From assembly GCA_001179505.1 (NCBI GenBank), contig CDMY01000280.1, positions 72,682-136,681 on the forward strand: 64,000 nt of DNA, written 5' to 3'. Numbering within the stretch: position 1 is the stretch's first letter; each line of letters opens with the position of its first letter. Origin of the DNA: Vitrella brassicaformis CCMP3155. Its lineage: Eukaryota; Protista; Chromerida. A program made the position numbers and the translations under genes. Below, piece by piece: positions 49,442 to 59,897 of this stretch. The notes below the pieces were generated by a model. It saw nothing but the letters and a program-made list of their open reading frames with translations, was not told where the DNA came from and searched no databases.

Positions 49442-51563
49442 ATGGCTGGCGGACAGTCCTCCGTGTCGCAGGCTTCGTCCAGCCAAGGTCCCAGACGACT
49501 ACCACTGCAAGTGTTCCTCCGAGAAAACATGATGCTCATCCTTCTGGGCGCCTTCGCAGCACGTAAGCAACAGCAGGCCTCTTACCATCTCTCACGTCAT
49601 CATTATGTATCTTGCTCTCTCTCTGCCCCATTGCTTATGTGCAGTGACTGACTGGTTCTCCTGGTGGGAGATGAACATCGACGAGCCGTCCCAATATACC
49701 GTTCCCCTCCTGTGCAAGCGACTCCTTCTCGCATCTGCCTCTGTCTCTACGGCTCTGCTCGTCCTCAAATGGTGCCTGGAGTACGTCCAAATGAATGCCA
49801 CACTGGTACGCAAAGGAGACGTCTTCACGTGAGCAGTTCGCTGACGACTTGTGCATTGCGGTTGCTCAGGTGCAGCGCAAAAAGGGACAATCGGGCGACA
49901 TCGAGTTGAGTGGACGCTCCCGTCTCATCGACTCGGGCGTGGACTCTCAGGCAGCGACCCCGCAAGGGCCGTCTCCCACGGCACCCATCATCGCTCGCTT
50001 CCACCGGCCCGACCCTCCTCGGTGGCTCATCAGGGTGATCACGGTGCTGAGCGGCATCTCTGTCCTCAACGACAGCATCGACTTCATCAACGTCGTGATC
50101 ATTCTTTGCGCCATCGGCAACCCCCGAAGCCACGCGATGGGAATACTCATCAGCAATCTCTCCTTGAATCTGCTGAACGCCATCGCCTCAGCCTACAAGG
50201 CAATGGGCTTCGAAGCCTCGCGAGAGCGCATGCAACAGCTAGCCATAGCGCAAAGACTAGAAGCTCCCGTCGTCCTCTTTGCGGCCTTGGGTGTGATCGG
50301 TGCTCTTTGCGCTTATTGGGGGTGGATCACTTGGTGGATAAGTTGGATTGGGGGGTTCTTATGGTGGCTTGCCTTGGCTTTGATGCTGGTGATATCAATG
50401 TGTGAGACGATCGCAACCTGCTCGAGAGAGTTTCTTTCAGATGTTCTTCTCTCCGACTACATCCGATTGGCACTCTTGCACGTGCTGATCGCGGAGCTTG
50501 TCTATACAACGAGCACCTGGATTACATTCTTCACGATTGCGATCTTCAGCGAGAGAGTCCCGACATGGCTTTGGCACCTCTACTTTCTCATCCCCGCTAC
50601 AGAAACCCTCATCCTTTACCAATCTCTAATCGCAACACTCGAGCAGAAAATTGACGCCAGAGCCCACGGCCATTCGACCAACGCACTCCGTCTTTGCACC
50701 ATGATACTGGATGGCCTTGTGGGCCTGATATGCAATGCCCTCTTCCTCTGCTATCCCACTTACCAGCTGCAGCTGCTCCCAATAGCCAACATCATTCTGA
50801 CGGTGGCAGTCGTCAGTTGTCAGCTGATTGCAGACTTAACGAGACTTCATCACGCCGAGCTCATCGACCGCATCGATCAGATCCGAAAGGGAGACACTGT
50901 GTTAGTGGACATAAAAGGGCTTCTCGACGGTGGAGCAGATCCAAACATGGCATGCGGCGAGCCACTCTATCGAGCAGTGGCGGTCGAGACACAGACCGAC
51001 AGCGACCGGCCCTTGGTGAGGGATGCTGTCGCTGCGGCCGCTCGGATATTCAAGAGTGTGGAGCTGCTGTTGGAAGCCGGGGCAGATCCCAATCTTGGCA
51101 CACGTCGCCTGGCCGGTGGCCTAGTCGTGGCGCCTTTAGACGAAGTGGTGAGTGGGGGGATAAGCATGAAGAGATGAATGCCATCGAGACTAACACACAT
51201 GGCCTGACTGAGTGCCATGTTTGTGCAGGTAATACAGGCGGAGCTGAAGGATGTCGCCATCCTCCTCAAAGCCAATGGGGCTCGGCATTCGAAACACTTC
51301 TATAAATACGGCGGACACACAAATCAGCCACGCTACGCCGCCATTTTGATGCGATCCAATGCCTTGGATCGCAAGTTAAATGCTTGGCGACATGAACGTG
51401 CATGTGTGCAAGAGATTCAGATGATTGAAGCCGGTTCAATGTAACATGGGTCTGATGTCCGTGTCTGCAGCAGGAAGGAGAGCCTGAAAAAAAGCTACTG
51501 GATGAAGAGAAAGCTTTGGAAGCCAATTTGAAGACCATCGCTCGCGCTGTGCGCGCAGAGACA
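49442..51563 (+). CDS. Module A: multi-TM + ankyrin repeats (carries the ATG)
   Basis: Exons 49442-49562, 49645-49805, 49870-51147 and 51229 onward. LLDGGADPNMACGEPLYRAV, VELLLEAGADPN. Confidence 0.8.
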
Positions 51564-53598
51564 GCCGATGGACAAGCTTTCGTGCCGCAGGCTTTGTCCA
51601 GTGACGGGCCTAGAAGGGTGTCATGGCAAGTCCTCCTCCGAGAAAACATAATGCTCATCCTTCTGGGCGCCTTCGCGGCACGTAAGCAACAGCAGGCCTC
51701 TTACCATCTCTCACGCCATCATGATGCATCCCTCTCTCTGTCCCCATTGCAATGTGCAGTGACCGACTGGTTCTCCTTCTGGGAGATGATCATCGACGAG
51801 CCGTCCCAATACACCATTCCCCTTCTGTGCAAGCGGCTCCTTCTCGCATCTGCCTCTGTCTCTACTGCTCTGCTCGTCCTCAAATGGTGCCTGGAGTACG
51901 TCCAAATGAATGCCACACTGGTACGCAGAGGAGACGTCTTCAGGTGAGCACTTTGCTGACGACTTGTGCATTGCGGTTGCTCAGGTGCAGCGCAAAAAGG
52001 GACAATCGGGCGACATCGAATTAGGCGAACGCTCCCGTCTCATCGACTCGGGCGTCGACTCTCAGGCAGCGACCCCGCGAGGGCCGTCTGCCACGGCACC
52101 CATCATCGCTCGCTTCCACCGGCCCGACCCGCCTCGATGGCTGGTCAGGATGATCACGGTGCTGAGCGGCATCTCTGTCCTCAACGACATCATCGACTTC
52201 ATCAACGTCGTGATCATTCTTTGCGCCATCGGCAACCCCCGAAGCCACGCGATGGGAATACTCATCAGCAATCTCTCCTTGAATCTGCTGAATGCCATCG
52301 CCTCAGTCTATAAGGCCATGCGCTTCGAAGCCTCGCGAGAGCGCATGCAACAGCTAGCCATAGCGCGAAGACCAGAGGATCCGGGAGTATTGGGAGCTGC
52401 CGTCGTCCTCTTTGCGGTCTTGGGGGTGATCGGTGCTCTTTGTGCTTATTGGGGGTGGAGCACTTGGTGGATAAGTTGGATTGGGGGTTTCTTATGGTGG
52501 CTTGCCATCGCTGTGATGCTGATGATATCAATGTGTGGGACGATCGCAACCTGCTCGAGAGAGCCTCCTTCAGGGGCTCGCCTCTTCGATTACAGCCGAT
52601 TGGGTCTTCTGCATGTGCTGATCGCGGAGCTTGTCTACACAACCAGCACCTGGATTACCTTCTTGACGATTGCGATGTTCAACAAGAGAGTCCCCATATG
52701 GCTGTGGCGCCTCTACTGTCTCATCCCCGCTACAGAAACCCTCATCCTTTACCCCTCTCTAATCGCAACACTCGAGCAGAAAATTGACGCCAGAGCCCAT
52801 CGCCATCCGACCAAAGATGGTTGCAGCATACTCTGCGAAGCCCTTTTCGGCCTCACATGCAATGTCCTCTTCCTCTGCTATCCCACTTATCAACTGCAGC
52901 TGCTCCCAATAGCCAACATCATTCTGACGGTGGCAGTTTTCAGTTGCCAGCTGAGTAGAAGGCCCATCGGCCTTCAACATGCCGAGCTCATCGACCGCAT
53001 CCATCAAATTCGAAAGGAAGATGCTGCGTGGATAAGCATGGCCATGAAACAGCTTCTTGACGGTGGCGCAGATCCAAACATGGCGTGCGGCGAGCCGCTT
53101 CATCAGGCAGTGATGGCCGAGACAGAGACCGACGACAGCGACAGCCCCTTGGTGCGGGATACTGAAGGAGCTCCTATTCGGATTTTCAACACTGTGGAGC
53201 TGCTGTTGGAGGCCGGAGCAGACCCCAATCTTGGCAAGCGTCGGTTCGGCGGCCTAGTCGTGGCGCCTTTAGACGAAGTTGTGAGCGGAGGGTTAAGCAC
53301 TAAGCGACGGACACCTTCGAGACTAACACAAATGGCCTGACTTGGTGCCATGTTTGTGCAGGTGATACAGCCTGAGCTGAAGGATGTCGCTGTCCTCCTC
53401 AAAGCCAATGGGGCTCGGCATTCGGACGACTACTATAAATACGGCGGACACATCAATCAAGCCCGCTACGCTGCCCTTTTGATGCGGTCCAATGCCTTGG
53501 ATTGCGAAGAATACCGTGGGATATGTATTCCTTGGCGTCGAGAGAAAGACTTGGAAGCCGACTTAAAGACCCTCGCTGAGGCAGTGTGTGCCGAAACG
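51564..53598 (+). CDS. Module B: multi-TM + ankyrin repeats
   Basis: Large exon in ORF 51910-53340. ORF 53350-53976 continues without stop into module C exon 1. Confidence 0.8.
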
Positions 53599-55132
53599 GC
53601 TGAGGGACGGGTCTTCGTGCCGCAGGGTTCGTCCAACCAAGGGTCCAGAAGGTTACTGCAAGTGTTCCTCCGAGAAAACACGATGCTCATCCTTCTGGGC
53701 GCTTTCGCAGCACGTAAGCGAAGCAGGCCTCAAGATGTTTATTACGCCATCATGGTGTATCTCTTTTCGCCCCCATTGCAATGTGCAGTGACCGACTGGT
53801 TCTCCTTCTGGGAGATGATTATCGATGAGCCGTCCCAATACACCATTCCCCTCCTGTGCAAGCGGCTCCTTCTCGCATCTGCCTCTGTCTCTACTGCTCT
53901 GCTCGTCCTCAAATGGTGCCTGGAGTACGTCCAAATGAATGCCACACTGGTACGCAGGGGAGACGTCTTCAGGTGAGCACTTTGCTGACGACTTGTGCAT
54001 TGCGGTTGCTCAGGTGCAGCGCAAAAAGGGACAATCGGGCGACATCGAATTAGGCGAACGCTCCCGTCTCATCGACTCGGGCGTCGACTCTCAGGCAGCG
54101 ACCCCGCGAGGGCCGTCTCCCACGGCGCCCATCATCACTCGCTTCGACCGGCCCCACCCTCCTCGGTGGCTCATCAGGGTGATCACGGTGCTGAGCGGCA
54201 TCTCTGTCCTCAACGACAGCATCGACTTCATCAACGTCGTGATCATTCTTTGCGCCATCGGCAACCCCCGAAGCCACGCGATGGGAATACTCATCAGCAA
54301 TCTCTCCTTGAATCTGCTGAACGCCATCGCCTCAGCCTACAAGGCAATGGGATTCGAAGCCTCGCGAGAGCGCATGCAACAGCTGGCCCAAATCATACCC
54401 GGAGTTTCATGTCAGTCCGACCTGATGTCGTCTATGGGGATTCTTCGATTTCTGCCAACTATGGGGATCTCTATTTGTCCCTTTGGGGTGATCGGCGCTC
54501 TTCTTGCTGATTCGTGGTGGCTTTGGTGGATTGGGAGTTTTTTCTGGTGGCTTGCCTTGGCTTTGATGCTGGTGACGCTAATGTGCGGGCTCGTTCTTGG
54601 CGTTGTGACGCATTGTTTGGTCCCGATGGGGCTCCTTTCGGATGTTCTTCTCTTCGACTACATCCATCTCGGTCTCTTACACGTGCTGATTCCGGAGCTC
54701 GTGTACACGACCAGCACGTGGATTACCTTCTTTACGACTGCCGTCTTCAGCGAGAGAGTCCCGACATGGCTCTGGCATCTCTACTTTCTCTGCCCCGCCA
54801 CAGCAACCCTCATCCTTTACCCTTCTCTAATCCTAACACTCGAAGAGAAGATTGACGCCAGGACCCATCGCGACACGGCCAAAGCACTCCGTCTCTGCAC
54901 CATGGGACTTGAAGGCCTTCTCGGCTTGATATGCAATGCCCTCTTCCTCTGCTATCCCACTTACCAGCTGCAGCTGCTCCCAATAGCCAACATCATTCTG
55001 ACGGTGGCGGTCGTCAGTTGTCAGCTGATTCAGATTTTTGTGCAAAATCAGAAAGCAGAGCTGGAGGATGAAGAGAAAGCTGCACTCGAAGCCGACTTAA
55101 AGACCCTCGCTGAGGCAGTACCTGCCGAATCA
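53599..55132 (+). CDS. Module C: multi-TM only (ankyrin region absent)
   Basis: ORF 53939-55333 goes ...VAVVSCQLIQIFVQNQKAELEDEEKAALEADLKTLAEA directly into module D exon 1. Confidence 0.8.
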
Positions 55133-57570
55133 GCTGATGGACAAGTTTTCGAATCGCAGGGTTCGTCCAGCCAAGGGTCCAGAAGGGTACTGCAAGTGTT
55201 CCTCCGAGAAAACACGATGCTCATCCTTCTGGGCGCCTTCGCAGCACGTAAGCAACAGCAGGCCTCTTACCATCTCTCACGCCATCATCGTGTATCTTGC
55301 TCTCTCTCTGCCCCCATTGCACATGTGCAGTGACCGACTGGTTCTCCTTCTGGGAGATGAACATCGACGAGCCTTCCCAATACACCATTCCCCTCTTGTG
55401 CAAGAGACTCTTTCTCGCCTCTGCCTCTGTCTCTACGGGTCTGCTCGTCCTCAAATGGTGCCTGGAGTACGTCCAAATGAATGCCACACTGGTACGCAGG
55501 GGAGACGTCTTCAGGTGAGCACTTTGCTGACGACTTGTGCATTGCGGTTGCTCAGGTGCAGCGCAAGAAGCCACCCTCGGGCGACATCGAATTAGGCGGA
55601 CGCTCCCGTCTCATCGACTCGCATGTGGACTCTCAGGCAGCGACCCCGCGAGGGCCGTCTCCCACGGCACCCATCATCACTCGCTTCCACCGGCCCCCCC
55701 CTCCTCGATGGCTGGTCAGGATGATCACGGTGCTGAGCGGCATCTCTGTCCTCAACGACATCATCGACTCCATCAACGTCGTGATCATTCTTTGCGCCAT
55801 CGGCAACCCCCGAAACCACGCGATGGGAATCCTCATCAGCAATCTCTCCTTGAATCTGCTGAATGCTATCGCCTCAGCCTACAAGGCAATGGGCTTCGAA
55901 GCCTCGCGAGAGCGCATACAGCAACTCACCCGAATTGTAAGCGGACTCCCGAGGGGAAACCCACTGGTTGACTGCACAGGCTCCTTAGTGCGTGAAAAGC
56001 TTCCGGGGCTGTTCGATGTCCGTCGGGCATTGCCTTGCTGGGGAAGCAGTATTTGTGTCTTTGGGGTGATCGGCATGCTTTGTGCCCCTTCTGGGGCTAT
56101 CCATGCCTCGTGGTGGTTTTGGTGGATAGCTTGGATCGGGCACCATTTCTGGTGGCTTGCCATGCGCCTTTTCTGGGGGCTTGCCATCATGCAGATGCTG
56201 TCGACGCTGATGGGTGGACTCGTCGTGACGCATTGCTTGATCCCAAAGGAGCTTCTTTCAGATGTTCTCCTCTCCGACTACCACCGATTGGGTCTTTTAC
56301 ATGTGCTGACGGCGGAACTTGTCTACACGACCAGCACGTGGATTACCTTCTTCACCACTGCCGTCTTCGGCGAGAGAGTCCCGACATGGCTCTGGCATCT
56401 CTACTTTCTCTGCCCCGCCACAGCAACCCTCATCCTTTACCCTTCTCTAATCCTAACACTCGAGGAGAAAATTGACGCCAGGACCCATCGCGACGCGGCC
56501 AAAGCACTCCGTCTCTGCACCATGGGACTTGAAGGCCTTCTCGGCTTGATATGCAATGTCCTCTTCCTCTGCTATCCCACTTACCAGCTGCAGCTGCTCC
56601 CAATAGCCAACATCATTCTGACGGTGGCGGTCATCAGTTGTCAGCTGATTACAGAAATCACGGGACTCCACCACGCCGAGCTCATCGACCGCATCGATCA
56701 AATTCGAAAGGGAGACACCGGGTGGAAAAGCATGGGAGAGAGTATAGCTCTCTATTTCTATCCCGAGTGGGGGTATCGGAAAGCTGATGCTTTGGCGGCG
56801 GTGAAGATGGTTCTTGATGGTGGCGCAGATCCAAATATGGCGTGCGGCGAGCCTCTTTATCGCGCAGTGATGGCCGAGACAGCGACCGACGGCAGCGACA
56901 GCCCCTTGGTGAGGGATGCCGAAGCCGTAGCTACACGGATATTCAACACTGTGGAGCTGCTGTTGGAAGCCGGAGCAGACCCCAACCTTGGCACACGGCA
57001 GCTGGCCGGCGGCTTAATCGTAGCGCCTCTGGATGAAGTGGTGAGTGGGGGGATAAGGATGAAGAGATGAATGCCACACAGATTCACCCACATGGCCTGA
57101 CTGAGTGCCATGTTTGTGCAGGTAATACAGCCTGAGCTGAAAGATGTCGCTGTCTTCCTCAAAGCCAATGGGGCTCGACATTCGGACGACTACTATAAAT
57201 ACGGCGGACACACCAATCAGGCCCGCTACGCTGCCCTTTTGATGCGATCGAAAGAGCTGATCGGCAAATTTGATGCTTGGCGACAAGATTTCGTACGACA
57301 AAGAAGATTTGGATGATTGAAGTCAATATGATGAATAGGTATGATGCCTTTGTCTTTCTGCAGCGAAAATATTAGGAACCAGAGCGACTAAAAGAAATGG
57401 AAAAAGAGTATAAGGAAACGGAAGACAAAAATGCTGCGATTCCTTCTTTTAAAGAACGAGAGGAGAAAGAAGAAAAGGAGCATCAGGCGAAGCTGAAAAA
57501 GTTAGAAGACGAAGAAAATGAACTAGAAACCGAGTTGAAGACCCTCGCTGAGGCAGTGCGTGCCCAACCA
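55133..57570 (+). CDS. Module D: multi-TM + ankyrin repeats + long coiled-coil linker exon
   Basis: Large exon in ORF 55481-57070, ankyrin exon from 57122, E/K-rich linker exon from about 57376. Confidence 0.8.
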
Positions 57571-59897
57571 GCCGATGGACGGGTCTTTGCATCCCAGGCT
57601 TCATCCAGCGAAGGGCGTAAACGAGTCTCACTGCAGGTGTTCCTCCAAGAGAACGTCATGCTCATCCTCCTGGGCGCCTTCGCAGTACGTAAGCAACAGC
57701 AGGCCTCTTACCGTCTCTCACGCCATCATCGTGTATCTTGCTCTCTCTCTGCCCCCATTGCACATGTGCAGTGACCGACTGGTTCTCCTTCTGGGAGATG
57801 AACATTGACGAGCCTTCCCAATACACCATTCCCCTCCTGTGCAAGCGGCTCCTTCTCGCCTCTGCCTCTGTCTCTACGGCCCTGCTCGTCCTCAAATGGT
57901 GTTTGGAGTACGCCCAAATGAATGCCACACTGGTACGCAGGGGAGACGTCTTCAGGTGAGCACTTTGCTGACGACTTGTGCATTGCGGTCGCTCAGGTAC
58001 AGCGCAAAAAGGGACCCTTGGGCGACATCGAATCAAACGACTGCTCCCGTCTCATCAAGTCGGGCGTGGACTCCCCGCAAGGGACGTCTGCCACGGTGCC
58101 CATCATCACTCGCTTCGACCGGCCCCCCCCTCCTCGGTGGCTCGTCAGGATGATAACGGTGCTGAGCGGCATCTCTGTCCTCAACGACAGCATCGATTTC
58201 ATCAACGTCATGATCATTCTTTGCGCCAACCCAGGAGCCAGTGCTATTGGCACACTCATCTGCAATCTGTTCCTGAACTCGCTGAATGTCATCGCCTCAG
58301 CCTATGAAGCCATGGGCTTTGAAGCATCCCAAGAGAAGATGCAAGAACAGCTGGCGCAAAACCTGACAGCCGCACTGAAAAAGCATGCACGGCTGGAGGA
58401 TTCACCCGATACCTTACTGCAATCGTCCAATCGACGCTGGCTATCTGGGCGGGCGCACATAGCGGCCCCCATTGCGTGTTTCTGTGGGGCGATGGGTGCG
58501 TTGCTAGGTGCAATCCCTGCTTCGTGGATCTGGGCAATCGTCATTTGGTTTGGGGGAGTCTTCTGGTATGGTGCTGTTCTGCTGTTCTTCATCGGCATTG
58601 CGATTGAAATCTTTATTGGCGTCGAGACGCACTGCCTCATTCCGAGGGAGCTTCTTAAAGTTTCAGAAGTCAATCTCTCTGACTACATCCGATTGGGTCT
58701 TTTGCACGTGCTGATTCCGGAGCTTGTCGATGCAATCACTGATTGGATTACCTTCTTTTCAACTGCCGTCTTCAGCGAGAGAGTCCCGACATGGCTTTGG
58801 CGCCTCTACTTTCTCTCCCCTCTGATAGGGACCTTCATGCTCTATCCTTCTCTTCTCACCATGCTCGAGGCCAAAGTTGATGCCCGAAGCCATCGTGAGG
58901 CGAGACGCAATCGTCTGTGCAGTATACTCTGCGAAGACCTTTTGGGCCTGGTATGCAATGTCCTCTTTCTCTGTTATCCCACTTACCAGCTGCAGCTGCT
59001 CCCAATTGCCAACATCATTTTGACGGTGGCGGTCGTCAGTTGTCAGCTGATTACAGAGTTCACGGGACTCCAACATGCCAAGCTCATCGACTATATCGAT
59101 CAAATTCGACAGGGAGACACCGGGCGGAAAAGCATGGGAGAGCGTATAGCTAATTTTTGCTATCCCCAGTGGGGGTATCAGAAGAGAGATGCTTTCATGG
59201 CTGTAAAGACGCTTCTTGACGGTGGCGCAGATCCAAACATGGCATGCGGCGAGCCCCTTCATCGCGCAGTGATGGCCAAGACAGAGACCGACAGCGACAG
59301 CCCCTTGGTGTGGGATGCTGAAAGAGTAGCTACTCGAATATTCAACACTGTGGAGCTGCTGTTGGAAGCCGGAGCACGCCTCAATCTTGGCACACGGCAA
59401 CTGGCCGGCGGCCTAGTCGTGGCGCCTTTAGACGAAGTGGTGAGTGGGCTGATACGCATAAGAGATGGACACCATCGAGACTCACACACATGGCCTGACT
59501 GAGTGCCATGTTTGTGCAGGTGATACAGCCCGAGCTGCAGCATGTTGCCGCCCTCCTCAAAGCCAATGGGGCTCGGCATTCGGACGACTACTACAAATAT
59601 GGCGGGCACACCAATCAGCCACGCTACGCCGCCCTTTTGACGCAATCCACTGCCTTGGATCGTCAATATGACAAGATACGAGACGAAATGGATTTGCTTG
59701 AGACGATGATTAAGGAGCAAGACAAAAGACGAGAGAAACACGATGAGGACGAAAAGTCTCGCGCCGGTCTTTCTGAGAAAGAACGGGAGGACCAAGAAAA
59801 AAAGGCACATCAGGCGAAGCTGGAACAGTTGCGAGACCAACATCATAAACTACAAATGGATTTATGGACCTCCGCTGAGGCAGTACGTGCAGAACCA
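57571..59897 (+). CDS. Module E: multi-TM + ankyrin repeats + coiled coil
   Basis: Large exon in ORF 57922-59502. ORF 59508-60125 reads through a coiled coil into module F exon 1. Confidence 0.8.
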
